Of a DNA stretch of 64,000 nucleotides, positions 40,151-49,757 are shown piece by piece. The notes under the pieces were generated by a model that had not been told where the DNA came from, made no database searches, and was given only the letters and a program-made list of their open reading frames with translations. Made by a program: the position numbers and the translations under genes. Every line of letters begins with the position of its first letter. The first letter of the stretch is position 1. The stretch covers positions 1,696,001 to 1,760,000 of the forward strand of contig CAWCKH010000004.1 in NCBI GenBank assembly GCA_963796055.1, read 5' to 3'. Origin of the DNA: an uncultured delta proteobacterium. Its GTDB lineage: Bacteria; Myxococcota; Myxococcia; Myxococcales; Myxococcaceae.

Positions 40151-41104
40151 ATGGCCGCCGTCGTCCACGACCCCGCGGTCGCCGAGCGGGAGAAGAACCT
40201 GGTCGCGCTCAGCTCGGTCGGCGCGGCGGTGCTCCTCACCACCATGAAGATCGTGGTGGGCCTGGCCACCGGCTCCATCGGCATCCTCTCCGAGGCGGCG
40301 CACTCGGGCATCGACCTGGTCGCCGCGCTGATGACCTTCTGGGCGGTGCGAGCCTCCTCCAAGCCGCCCGACAGCGACCACCTCTACGGCCACGGAAAGA
40401 TCGAGAACTTCTCCGCGCTCTTCGAGACCGGCCTCCTGCTGGCCACCTGCGTGTGGATCTCCTACGAGGCCGGCAAGCGCCTCGTCTTCGGTGGGGGCCA
40501 TGTCGAGGCCACGGTGTGGTCCTTCGTCATCATGGGGGTGTCGATCCTCATCGACGTGTCGCGCTCCCGCGCGCTTGCCGCCACGGCGAAGAAGCATCGC
40601 AGCCAGGCGCTGGAAGCGGACGCGCTGCACTTCTCGACCGACGTCTGGTCCTCGGCGGTGGTGATCGTCGGCCTCGCCGGGGTGTGGCTCTCACACCGGA
40701 GTGGCCTCGAGTGGCTGGCCAAGGCCGACTCGTTCGCCGCCCTCGGGGTCGCCTTCATCGCCGCCCTGGTCAGTGTCCGGCTGGGCCGGAAGTCGGTGGA
40801 CGATCTGCTCGACGCGGCGCCCACCGGGCTGCTGGAGCAGATCGCTCGGGCCGCCGCTGGCGTGGACGAGGTGATGGCCGTCACGCAGGTACGGGTCCGC
40901 CGCTCAGGCCCCAGGACCTTCGCCGACGTCATCCTCCAGGTGGCCCGTGGCCTACCGGTCGAGCGGGCCCACGAGATCGCCCATGCCGCCGAGGACGCCA
41001 TCTGCGGCGCGGTGGCCGACGTGGACGTGATGGTCCACACCGAGCCTGCCGACGGCGACATCTCCGCCGCGGGTGGAGGGAGGCCGGCCCCTGCCCGGGC
41101 GTGA
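40151..41104 (+). CDS. Cation diffusion facilitator (FieF-like)
   Basis: SEAAHSGID, HLYGHGKIE, ADALHFSTD, C-terminal HTEP. Confidence 0.92.
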   Translation: MAAVVHDPAVAEREKNLVALSSVGAAVLLTTMKIVVGLATGSIGILSEAAHSGIDLVAALMTFWAVRASSKPPDSDHLYGHGKIENFSALFETGLLLATCVWISYEAGKRLVFGGGHVEATVWSFVIMGVSILIDVSRSRALAATAKKHRSQALEADALHFSTDVWSSAVVIVGLAGVWLSHRSGLEWLAKADSFAALGVAFIAALVSVRLGRKSVDDLLDAAPTGLLEQIARAAAGVDEVMAVTQVRVRRSGPRTFADVILQVARGLPVERAHEIAHAAEDAICGAVADVDVMVHTEPADGDISAAGGGRPAPARA

Positions 41105-41121
41105 CCCGACGCGCTCGGCTA

Positions 41122-42015
41122 TCAGGTGCTGGGGTTCAGCACCGAGGTGAGACTCAGGTCCAGCTTCGGTCCGAGCTGCTCCAGCAGGCTGTCCAGCTCG
41201 GGGGCTGGGAGATCGAGCGCCCGCGCCAGCTGCCCCCGGGTGCGCTCGAGCAGCATCTCCCGAGCCTTCGCCATTCGCCGGCTGATGGTGGACTTGTTCA
41301 CTCCGTACATCGCGGCGATCTGATTGAGGCTCATGGCCTCCAGGAAGTGCATCCGGAGCACGTTCCGCTCGCCCGCCTCGAGCGAGCCGAACGCCTCGCG
41401 GAGCGCCCGCCCGAACTCGGCGGCGTACTTGCCCCGGAGGAGCTCCAGGGTGCGCTCGGCGGTGGGCGCGGCGGGCTCCCAGAGCGATGCCTCGGGCAGA
41501 GGCTCTGGCCCGCGCCTCGCGTCGCGCCGCGCATTGAGCGCCAGACGGAGCGCCCCCGCCCGGAGCCAGTTCTCCAGCGAGCCACGCCCGGCGTAGTCGA
41601 GGATGCGCGCCGGCCGTCCTTCCTCGGGGACCAGCACCCGTGTTCGGAGCCGCTGGAGGATCTCGTCGACGAACGCAGGCGCGCCGTCGACGCTCCGCAC
41701 CGCTCCGGCCACCGAGGAGAGCAGCGTCCCGAACGCCCGCAGCGCGCCGGGGGCTCCCTCGGCGCAGGCGAAGGCGAGGTAGAGGTCCGAGAGATGGAGC
41801 TGGTCGATGGCGGTCCCCACGTCGCCGGACCGGCCGAGCTGTGCGGCCCAGTGCGCTACGAACCGCCGGCGATCCACCGAGACGCCCGGCCAGCGCTCCT
41901 GGGCGGTGGCGAGCTGCCCGGCGAGGCGCGTCTCCAGCTGGTCACGGTTTGCCGCACCGCGGTGGGCCCCCGGCAGGACATCCCAGAACACGTCGGCGTG
42001 GGAGAAGGCAGTCAC
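41122..42015 (-). CDS. Myxococcal-type sigma-70/ECF-like factor coupled to the kinase
   Basis: DLYLAFAC..G...AL, YAGRGSLENWLR, region 4 HTH SLNQIAAMYGVNKSTISR; GTGA overlap with the kinase. Confidence 0.82.
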   Translation of the reverse strand: MTAFSHADVFWDVLPGAHRGAANRDQLETRLAGQLATAQERWPGVSVDRRRFVAHWAAQLGRSGDVGTAIDQLHLSDLYLAFACAEGAPGALRAFGTLLSSVAGAVRSVDGAPAFVDEILQRLRTRVLVPEEGRPARILDYAGRGSLENWLRAGALRLALNARRDARRGPEPLPEASLWEPAAPTAERTLELLRGKYAAEFGRALREAFGSLEAGERNVLRMHFLEAMSLNQIAAMYGVNKSTISRRMAKAREMLLERTRGQLARALDLPAPELDSLLEQLGPKLDLSLTSVLNPST

Positions 42016-43955
42016 GAGGTGGAACCTCTGGTCGGAGCGCGAAGGAACCAGCCCGAGCTGCGGATGAGCCACCCCAGCCAGGCCAGAACCGCCAGGGAGG
42101 TAACCAGGAGCGCCCACCGTAGCCACCCGGACCCGAGGCCTCCGATCTCACTGGGAGTGAGCACCCGGACGACATAGGCCTCCCCTGCGGGAACGCGCGT
42201 CCCCGCGCCTCCGAGCCGGAGGCCCAGGACGCGAATCGTCGTTCCGCCGACCTGAAATTGCACCACCCGCCCAAGTGGGGGCTTCAACGGCCACCGGGCC
42301 CCGGCCCAGCCGCCATCCGGTGCATGGAGGACGACCCCGGCGCCCGCGGCCCGGCCGACCTCCTCGAGCAGGCTCCCGTCGACCCAGCGCCCGGTCAGCA
42401 CCAGGCCGACGATGGACCGTCCCCGGACCACCGGCCGTCCCGAGACCAGCAACAGATCTTCCTGCCGCGGCTCGGTGACCAGCGGAAGGCCGAGCCTGTC
42501 CAGCGTGGCCGACGACCAGAGCGCTTCGGTGTGCGCGCCCTCCATGGTCTCCATCAGCATCGGCACCGCAGGCGCCGGCGCGCCGAACGAGTCCGGAGCG
42601 GCGAGGTTCAGCACCACCCTGCCCCAGGCGTTGGCCACCAGGAGCGCGTCCCGGGTCTTCAGGCCGGGGAGATCCGCGGAGCGGAGGATCTCGTGCGCCT
42701 CGGCGAGCTGGTGCTCGCGGCTCTCGTCCTCCGCCAGGCCCAGCGCCGCGTCCATGTTGCTCGCCTGCCCCAGGGCCCCCAGCACTCCCTCGGCGCGGAG
42801 CCCGGCCTGCACCAGAAGGTCGATGCGCTCGCTCTGGGCCCGCAGCAGTTCGGGGAGGCGCGCCGTGGCGGCGAAGAGCTCGTGGTCCACCCGCCGCTCC
42901 CAGACCGCGTGCTGCACCCACGCCGACGCCGTGGCGAGCAGCAGGACCCCGGCCAGCAGCGCCGTGCTGCGGCGGAAGGGGAGCCGCGCCTCGCGGAGCG
43001 CGGCCAGCAGCACGTCCATCGACGGCCAGCGCTGGGCAGGGTCGGTGGACAGCCCGCGGGCCAGCACCCGCGACAGCCGGGCCGGCAGCGTCCGGCGGCG
43101 CAGCGACACCGGCTCGGGAGGCTGCGAAGGCGACGCTTCCTCCACCTCCTCGGGCCGCTTTCCCTCCACCGCCTCGAGCAGGGCGAGGCAGAAGCTGTAC
43201 TGGTCGCTCCGCACGTCAGACGGGACACCGCGCCAGTGCTCGGGCGCCATGTACGCCGGGGTGCCGGCGAAGCGGGGCGCGTGCTCGTGGACCGCACGGG
43301 CCAGCCCGAAGTCGGTCACCCGGACCCGGCCGTCCTCGCCCACCAGCACGTTCTCGGGCTTGAAGTCGCCGTGCACGATGCCCGCCCGGTGGGCGGCGGC
43401 GAGCCCCTCGCCCGCGGCGGCGTAGAGCAGCAGGGTGTGCCGCAGTCCGACCAGCCCGGGCTGCTGGGCCCGGCGGAGCGTCTCGCCCTTCACGTACTCC
43501 ATGGCGAAGAACACCTCGCCGTCGAAGGTGCCCACGTCGTGCACGGTGACGATGTTGGGGTGCGAGAGCCGGGCGATGGCCTGCGCCTCGGCGAGCAGCT
43601 GGGGCTTGGCCGCGGCGGGGTTCGCCCCGCGGCCCGGGCGGAGGAACTTGATCGCCACCTTGCGGTCCAGCTCGGGGTCGAAGGCGCTGTACACCACGCC
43701 CATCCCGCCCCGCCCCACCGGGTCCAGCAGCACGTAGCGGCCGAGGTTCGTGCCGCGGGCCAGCAGCCGCCACGAGGGTCGGTCCTCCTCCGGCGTGACC
43801 AGCGTGCGCACCATCGCCGTGACCAGCTCGCGGCAGTGGTCGCAGGCGTCGATGTGCTCCGCCACCCGGGCCCGCTCCGCCTCGGTGCCCTCGCCCCCGA
43901 CGTGCCGCGCGAGCGCGTTCTCGTCGAGGTGGCCATCCTCGACCGAGACGGTCAT
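42012..43955 (-). CDS. Ser/Thr kinase with N-terminal anti-sigma-type zinc finger and TM-periplasmic domain-TM
   Basis: HIDACDHC; GRGGMGVV, VAIK, HGDFKPEN, DFG, GTPAYMAPE; two hydrophobic helices flanking a putative sensor domain. Confidence 0.9.
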   Translation of the reverse strand: MTVSVEDGHLDENALARHVGGEGTEAERARVAEHIDACDHCRELVTAMVRTLVTPEEDRPSWRLLARGTNLGRYVLLDPVGRGGMGVVYSAFDPELDRKVAIKFLRPGRGANPAAAKPQLLAEAQAIARLSHPNIVTVHDVGTFDGEVFFAMEYVKGETLRRAQQPGLVGLRHTLLLYAAAGEGLAAAHRAGIVHGDFKPENVLVGEDGRVRVTDFGLARAVHEHAPRFAGTPAYMAPEHWRGVPSDVRSDQYSFCLALLEAVEGKRPEEVEEASPSQPPEPVSLRRRTLPARLSRVLARGLSTDPAQRWPSMDVLLAALREARLPFRRSTALLAGVLLLATASAWVQHAVWERRVDHELFAATARLPELLRAQSERIDLLVQAGLRAEGVLGALGQASNMDAALGLAEDESREHQLAEAHEILRSADLPGLKTRDALLVANAWGRVVLNLAAPDSFGAPAPAVPMLMETMEGAHTEALWSSATLDRLGLPLVTEPRQEDLLLVSGRPVVRGRSIVGLVLTGRWVDGSLLEEVGRAAGAGVVLHAPDGGWAGARWPLKPPLGRVVQFQVGGTTIRVLGLRLGGAGTRVPAGEAYVVRVLTPSEIGGLGSGWLRWALLVTSLAVLAWLGWLIRSSGWFLRAPTRGSTS

Positions 43956-44590
43956 GGCGCGTAACCGGGCCGCTTCTTGTAGGCCCGTCCGAACTTGTCG
44001 AGGTGCGCAGGGTTGAAGAGCCGTGGCCGGAGGACCAGCGCGACCTGGGTGGGCTGGCCCTCGGCCACCACCACCTCCATCTCGAACGGCTCGATCTGCC
44101 GACCCCAGGCGTGGAGCGGGTGACGCCCGGGAGGGACGTCCTTGATGATGAAGCTGCCGTCCGGTGCGACGCGGGTGAAGGCCCGGTTCGGCAGCACCAG
44201 CAGGCTGGCGTACATCTGCTCGTGGATGTTGCAGAACACGTCGACCAGCCCCGGGGTGGGGAAGCTCACCGTGCGCGTCTCGTGGGGCCCGGGCTGGCCG
44301 AGGTCGAAGGGCCGGGCGGCCGAGGTGGAGAAGACGTTGTGCACCCACGGATCGTCGTTGGTGAACTGGACCGACTGCCCGGCCACGATCACCCGGATGT
44401 CGGGGACGAAGGTCTTGTCCTTCTGGCTGATGACCGGCTCGTCGCCGAGCGGCGGCTGCCGGAAGCCGGTGAGGTAGATGACGATGGGCTGGGCGAGGCT
44501 GGCCTCGACACCGCCGTCGGGCGCGGAGAGGGTCACCGTGCCGCGGATCTCGCCCCCGGCGGCCGTGGCCGCGAGGAGCAGCACCACCAT
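43952..44590 (-). CDS. Secreted cupredoxin (type-1 Cu) with flanking beta-sandwich domain
   Basis: HNVFS ... FCNIHEQM (H/C/H/M ligands); DGSFIIKDVPPG. Confidence 0.85.
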   Translation of the reverse strand: MVVLLLAATAAGGEIRGTVTLSAPDGGVEASLAQPIVIYLTGFRQPPLGDEPVISQKDKTFVPDIRVIVAGQSVQFTNDDPWVHNVFSTSAARPFDLGQPGPHETRTVSFPTPGLVDVFCNIHEQMYASLLVLPNRAFTRVAPDGSFIIKDVPPGRHPLHAWGRQIEPFEMEVVVAEGQPTQVALVLRPRLFNPAHLDKFGRAYKKRPGYAP

Positions 44591-44595
44591 CCTGG

Positions 44596-45354
44596 TCAGA
44601 GCGCGATGCCCCACAGCACCCGCGGATAGTACCGGGAGGAATCGTTGGTGAGGCCGAACAGCGACCCGAAGGTGATCCAGAACGGACCGCGGGTCCAGGC
44701 GACCGAGGGGCCGAGGTACATTTGCCCCTTGCTCGGCCGGGTCTCGCCGTGGATGGGGAGCTGGCCGAAGAACTCGGCGCCGAATCGCCACTCCTTGCCC
44801 AGCGGGAAGGAGACGCCCACGCCCCCCCGGCCCAGCACCGAGAAGTTTCCGGGGGTCGTTTCCTGGAGGAAGGGGAGCCCCAGCAGCACCCCGGCGTTGA
44901 GGGTGGTGCGGATCCCCTGGAGGCTGCCGATGGTGAGGACGAAGCCGATCTCGGCAGAGGGCGGGCCGGCGGCCGGGTCCAGCGGGTGGTAGTAGCCGAC
45001 GCGGATCAGCGGTTGCCATCCGTCGTCCTGCTCCCGGGGGAAGATGCGGTAGCGGGCGACGAGGCCCAGCGAGTGCAGGTAGGTGTCGTCGGGAACGGCG
45101 ACGATCTGCAGTGGCAGCTCGAACTCGAGGTGGTTCGAGACCGAGATCGCCGGGCCCCACCAGAGCCAGATCGACGCTGGCCGGTCGATGCGGTTTGGGA
45201 TGCGTCCGTAGGCCCAGACCCACTGCTCGAGCTCGATGCCGCCTTCGGGCACGAGCTGAGACTCGTCGAGGAACAGATGGTTCGTCCTGGCGGCGCGCGC
45301 CGGCGACGCCAGGAGGAGGACGAGGGGAGCCAACCACCGTGCCAGCCGTGCCAT
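44596..45354 (-). CDS. Probable outer-membrane beta-barrel protein
   Basis: Signal peptide ending ARA; alternating aromatic/Gly beta-strands. Confidence 0.65.
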   Translation of the reverse strand: MARLARWLAPLVLLLASPARAARTNHLFLDESQLVPEGGIELEQWVWAYGRIPNRIDRPASIWLWWGPAISVSNHLEFELPLQIVAVPDDTYLHSLGLVARYRIFPREQDDGWQPLIRVGYYHPLDPAAGPPSAEIGFVLTIGSLQGIRTTLNAGVLLGLPFLQETTPGNFSVLGRGGVGVSFPLGKEWRFGAEFFGQLPIHGETRPSKGQMYLGPSVAWTRGPFWITFGSLFGLTNDSSRYYPRVLWGIAL

Positions 45355-45434
45355 GCCGACCACGGCGGGCAGTGTACCGGAACCGGGTCGCCCGGCACCT
45401 CCCCGGACCAGGGCTCCAGGACCGTCCGCGTGCC

Positions 45435-46655
45435 TCACATGGAGAAATGCAGTTGCCCGAGCACGCTGAAGCTGGGCTCGTGGCCACCGCCGGGGAGCCC
45501 GAACTCGGTGAAGGTCGTGTCTATCCGAGCCTCGCAGTAGGTGAAGAAGAACCAGGAGACGCTGAACCAGCCTCCGTAGCTGTTGACCGCGTTCTGACGC
45601 AGCCCCTCTCCGGTGAAGATGAGGTGCAGGCCCTGCAGCAGCTCGTAGTCGGCCTGGAGGAACGCTGCCCCGCCCCAGTCCTGGGGAAGGCCCGAGGCAC
45701 TCTGCACCAGGAGGTCCGCCTCGGCGAGGAGCACCCAGGGGCCGCCCACGTGCCAGCGCGAGAAGAGCCCGTGCGACTGCCGCCACACGTCCTGCGCATT
45801 GAAGAACGGGTCGCGCAGGTAGGGGTTGGCGATGGAGCTGAGCCCGCGGTCGGCGTGGGTGACCAGGCTGCTCAGACCGAGGGTGAAGGCATTGCTGAAC
45901 GCGCCCTCGACGTACCCGCTGTAGCCCTGCTCGCGGTAGGCGGCATCGTCGATCAGGAAGTTCCCGGCGATGCCCATCACCGCCGCCCGGATGCCCGGAG
46001 CGTCCCAGACGACCTGCCCCCCATATTGCTGGGCGGAGTCGGTGTCGGTGCGCGTCGCGCTGCGCACGAAGGCGGTGTGCTCCACGTTGCGCAGCCCGAA
46101 GGGCAGGTTCATCCGCCCGCCGAGGAGGTAGAGCTTCTGGTCGGCGAGCCGGAGGCCCAGCCAGTGCTCGCGGGAGACGAGGTTGTCCCGCTGCGAATTG
46201 GTCAGCGCCGCCAGGGTCGCGCCGGTGGGCACGTAGCCGATGCTCGCCGAGGCGAGAAACGGCCCGGCGGTCACGCCGGCCCGGAGGTCGGCGATCATCA
46301 GGATGTCGCGCCACTTCGTCTCGACCGAGTTGGTGGTGCTGAGGACCGCGCCCCGCAGCGAGAGGCCCACGTTCAGCCAGCTGGGAAGCGGCACGGCGCC
46401 GTAGACGATGCCGGTCGTCGGCTCGACATCCTCCGGGGACTTTCCCCACAGCGTGGGAAGGACGATCTGCGCCTGCGCGCGTCCGTACTCGGTCAGCAGC
46501 CCGAACCCGGACGGGTCCACGTGGCAGGCGCTGCAGTTGGTGTACCCGTGGCGGATCATCCACGGGTAGGCGTGGGCCGGGGCCGCGGGTAGCGCGAGCA
46601 CGAGCAGCAGCGCAAGCCGCAGGAGACTGGTCCAGCGACGCCCGTCCAGGCTCAA
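45435..46655 (-). CDS. Monoheme c domain fused to a probable outer-membrane beta-barrel
   Basis: Signal ending AHA; YPWMIRHGYTNCSACH...GLLTEYGR; remainder is amphipathic beta-strands ending LGQLHFSM. Confidence 0.7.
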   Translation of the reverse strand: MSLDGRRWTSLLRLALLLVLALPAAPAHAYPWMIRHGYTNCSACHVDPSGFGLLTEYGRAQAQIVLPTLWGKSPEDVEPTTGIVYGAVPLPSWLNVGLSLRGAVLSTTNSVETKWRDILMIADLRAGVTAGPFLASASIGYVPTGATLAALTNSQRDNLVSREHWLGLRLADQKLYLLGGRMNLPFGLRNVEHTAFVRSATRTDTDSAQQYGGQVVWDAPGIRAAVMGIAGNFLIDDAAYREQGYSGYVEGAFSNAFTLGLSSLVTHADRGLSSIANPYLRDPFFNAQDVWRQSHGLFSRWHVGGPWVLLAEADLLVQSASGLPQDWGGAAFLQADYELLQGLHLIFTGEGLRQNAVNSYGGWFSVSWFFFTYCEARIDTTFTEFGLPGGGHEPSFSVLGQLHFSM

Positions 46656-47188
46656 GCCCGCTCCGCGGTGAAGGAGGCCCTGGCCTCCACGTCCGGCTGC
46701 ACGGTGACCCCGAAGTAGCTCGGAACGTCGATGCCGTAATCCGTGATGTTGAGCGGCACGGTCCCGGTCACCTGGTAGCGGTTCCCGCTCCGGGTAGCGC
46801 GGTACTTCACCTGAACGTCATGGCTCTTCCCGTGGAGAGTCATCTTTCCCGGGGCCGTGGCGTCGATCGTCCCTCCGTCCTCCGGGAGCTTCACCGCGGA
46901 CCAAGGGAGCTCGAGCACCGCGTCCGGGTACTGCTCCACCTGGAGGTACTTCTCACGCATGTGCCGGTCGCGGAGCGAGATGCCGGTCTGGAGCCCGGCC
47001 AGCGGGACGACGATCTTGAGGGTCGTCCCGTCGTCCTCGATCCGGAGCTGGTGTGTCTTGCCCTCCAGGCTGAACCCGCCCGGGCCCCGGCCCTGGAACG
47101 CCGCGGTGGGCTCGCCGGTGACGCGCGTGGTGGCGGCGAGCAGCGGCAGCGCGAGCAGCACCGTGAGGAGGGAAGCGCGTCGAGGCAT
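46652..47188 (-). CDS. YceI family periplasmic lipid/polyisoprenoid-binding protein
   Basis: Signal peptide; TGISLRDRHM, GKMTLHG, DYGI. Confidence 0.88.
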   Translation of the reverse strand: MPRRASLLTVLLALPLLAATTRVTGEPTAAFQGRGPGGFSLEGKTHQLRIEDDGTTLKIVVPLAGLQTGISLRDRHMREKYLQVEQYPDAVLELPWSAVKLPEDGGTIDATAPGKMTLHGKSHDVQVKYRATRSGNRYQVTGTVPLNITDYGIDVPSYFGVTVQPDVEARASFTAERA

Positions 47189-47204
47189 GGGTCCCTCCCG
47201 GCTG

Positions 47205-47933
47205 CTAGGCCCCGAGGGCCGCGGGCTCGAGCAGCGTGCGCTGCCGGTCGACCCAGAGGCGGAGCGGGCCGGTGTCCACGCCGTGCTCCTCCATTCCGGG
47301 GACCACCACCGAGTCGAGCGTCTCGAGGTAGATGCGCTGCCGCTCCGAGTGCGGCACCACGCCCCAGTGGAGCAGCGCGGGCTCGTCGGTGCCCGGCGGG
47401 GCAGACCGGAAGAGGTCAGCACCCGCGCTGCCGGCGGCCATGCCGGGCAGGAGCGGGGCGAGAAAGGCGAGGTCCATCCGTGGACGCGCCCAGGCGAGGT
47501 AGCCCCACCCCAGGCGAGCGTGCTGCACCTCGTCCCGCGCGAGCTCGTGGATGATGGCCTTCAGCGTCTCGTCCCGCGCGGCGTCCAGCAGCGTGACCAG
47601 GGTGGCCATGCTCTCGGTCTCGGAGACACAGGACTGGGCCACCACCTCGTACGTCAGGCGCTGCTCGGGGGTGAGCTCCCGCGGGGCGTACTCCAGCAGC
47701 CGGGTCTCCGGAGGAGGCACCGGCGCCCGCCGCATGCGGAGGACGTCCTCACAGCGGCTGGCGTGGCGCGTCTCATCCCGGGACGCCCGCGCCGCCAGCT
47801 CGACCAGGGCCTCGGGCGCACCCGCCTCCCACATCCGGCGGGAAAGCGACCCGAAGCGGAGCGCTGCGCCGGTCTCGACCCCGTGCCGCGCTGCCCAGAC
47901 CCGGTCGGCGTGCTGGCGGGCGGGGTCTACCAA
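47205..47933 (-). CDS. Ferritin-like di-iron protein
   Basis: E...DETRH...SETES...DEVQH four-helix carboxylate/His pattern; no signal peptide; start overlaps the stop of the peptide gene. Confidence 0.8.
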   Translation of the reverse strand: MVDPARQHADRVWAARHGVETGAALRFGSLSRRMWEAGAPEALVELAARASRDETRHASRCEDVLRMRRAPVPPPETRLLEYAPRELTPEQRLTYEVVAQSCVSETESMATLVTLLDAARDETLKAIIHELARDEVQHARLGWGYLAWARPRMDLAFLAPLLPGMAAGSAGADLFRSAPPGTDEPALLHWGVVPHSERQRIYLETLDSVVVPGMEEHGVDTGPLRLWVDRQRTLLEPAALGA

Positions 47934-48097
47934 CCCGGGGGCCCTCCGCCGCCGCCGCCACCGCCGGTTCCGCCGTCGGGCAGGGTCTGCTGCTGACCGC
48001 CGTTGTTGTTTCCGCTGTCACCGCCACACGCGGCAATTCCCAGCCCGAGCGTGGTTCCGCCGAGCACCAGTACCTGGAATAACTTCTTGATCTTCAT
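47927..48097 (-). CDS. 56-aa Gly-rich lipopeptide ending PPGW (candidate precursor peptide)
   Basis: GGAG RBS and ATG; basic N-region, hydrophobic stretch, lipobox IAAC (Cys24); 33-aa mature part. Confidence 0.75.
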   Translation of the reverse strand: MKIKKLFQVLVLGGTTLGLGIAACGGDSGNNNGGQQQTLPDGGTGGGGGGGGPPGW

Positions 48098-48215
48098 TGG
48101 ATCTCCATTTGGCGCGCCGGAGAGTGGCGGCCCGTGCCCGGAAGACACGGACGTTGCTGGGCCGTTGCGGGGAGAGGTCGATGCGGGTTGTCACAAACCC
48201 GGCTTGGTACTCCTT

Positions 48216-49757
48216 TCAGTGGCTTCGACTGCTGGGCATGACGAACTCGGCCCCTCCGGGAGCCTCCGGCCACCGGGAGGTCACCGTCTTCAGCCGGGTA
48301 TAGAAGCGCACGCCTTCCGGGCCGTGCACCGCGTGGTCTCCGAAGAGCGACCGCTTCCAGCCGCCGAAGCTGTGGAAGGCCATCGGCACGGGAATGGGGA
48401 CGTTGACCCCCACCATGCCGCACTGGACGCGGGTGGCGAACTCGCGTGCGGCCGCACCCGAGCGGGTGAAGATGGCGGTCCCGTTCCCGTAGGGGTGGGT
48501 GTCCACCAGGGCCAGGGCCTCGTCGAGCGTCCGGACCCGGACCACCGCGAGCACCGGGCCGAAGATCTCCTCCCGGTAGATGCGCATCTCGGGGCGGACG
48601 GCGTCGAAGAGGCAGCCGCCGAGGAAGAAGCCATCTCCCCGGCCGGACGGCCGGAGGCTGCGGCCGTCCACCACCAGGGAGGCGCCCTCGCCGACCCCCA
48701 CGTCGAGGTAGGAGCGCACGCGGTCGAGGTGCTCCCGGGTGACGAGCGGGCCCATCTCCACCGAGGCGTCAGTCCCCGGCCCGATGCGCAGCGCGCGGAC
48801 CCTGGGCGCCAGGCGCTCGACCAGCGGATCCGCCACCTCGCCCACCGCCACTGCCACCGAGATGGCCATGCACCGCTCGCCGGCCGAGCCGTAGGCCGAG
48901 CCGATCAGCGCCTCGGTGGCCAGCTCGAGATCGGCGTCGGGCATCACCACCAGGTGGTTCTTCGCACCGCCCAGCGCCTGAACCCGCTTTCCGGTCGCGG
49001 TGGCGGTCCGGTGGACCGACTCGGCCACGGGCGTCGAGCCGACGAAGCTCACCGCCGAGACCTCCGGGTGACGGAGCAGCGCGTCCACCGCCTCCCGGTC
49101 GCCATTCACCACGTTGAACACCCCGTCCGGGCAGCCCGCCTCTGCGAGGAGCCGCGCCACCTCCAGGCTGGGCGACGGGTCCCGCTCCGACGGCTTGAGG
49201 ACGAAGGTGTTTCCGCAGGCGATCGCCACCGGCCACATCCACATCGGCACCATCACCGGGAAGTTGAACGGCGTGATGCCGGCCACGACGCCGAGCGGCT
49301 GCCGGACCGACCAGGCGTCGATGCCGCGCCCCACCTGCTCGGTCATCTCGCCCTTGAGCAGCTGGGGGATGCCGCAGGCGAACTCCACCACCTCCATGCC
49401 CCGGGCCAGCTCGCCCCGGGCATCGGAGAGAATCTTCCCGTGCTCGGAGGTGACGAGGCGGACCAGCGCGTCGGCGCGGGCCTCGGCCAGCTCCCGGAAA
49501 CGGAACAGCACCCGGGCGCGCACCACCGCCGGGGTGCGGGACCAGGCGGGGAACGCCGCGGCCGCGGCACGGACGGCCGCGTCCACCTCGGCCGCCGTCC
49601 CCAGGGGGACCTGCCGGGTGCAGGCGCCGGTGGAGGGGTCGAACACCTCGCCGAGCCGGTTGCCCTCGCCGGGGACCGCACGTCCACCGATCCAGTGCCA
49701 GAGCCGCGCGGGCGCATCGCCGGGGCGAACGGGGACGACCGAGGGCTCAGCGCGCAT
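48216..49757 (-). CDS. mmsA: CoA-acylating (methyl)malonate-semialdehyde dehydrogenase
   Basis: [52 protein letters not shown]. Confidence 0.95.
   Translation of the reverse strand: MRAEPSVVPVRPGDAPARLWHWIGGRAVPGEGNRLGEVFDPSTGACTRQVPLGTAAEVDAAVRAAAAAFPAWSRTPAVVRARVLFRFRELAEARADALVRLVTSEHGKILSDARGELARGMEVVEFACGIPQLLKGEMTEQVGRGIDAWSVRQPLGVVAGITPFNFPVMVPMWMWPVAIACGNTFVLKPSERDPSPSLEVARLLAEAGCPDGVFNVVNGDREAVDALLRHPEVSAVSFVGSTPVAESVHRTATATGKRVQALGGAKNHLVVMPDADLELATEALIGSAYGSAGERCMAISVAVAVGEVADPLVERLAPRVRALRIGPGTDASVEMGPLVTREHLDRVRSYLDVGVGEGASLVVDGRSLRPSGRGDGFFLGGCLFDAVRPEMRIYREEIFGPVLAVVRVRTLDEALALVDTHPYGNGTAIFTRSGAAAREFATRVQCGMVGVNVPIPVPMAFHSFGGWKRSLFGDHAVHGPEGVRFYTRLKTVTSRWPEAPGGAEFVMPSSRSH

Noticed and set aside
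47940..48010. CCG/GGC and GTT/GCT triplet runs as a repeat element
   Set aside because: They encode the poly-Gly, Asn and Gln tracts of the peptide.
48185..48200. GGGTTGTCACAAACCC inverted repeat as an ECF41-like promoter or terminator
   Set aside because: TGTCACA points antisense with no matching -10 element, and the stem is short with no U-tract. It could be an operator, but there is no support.
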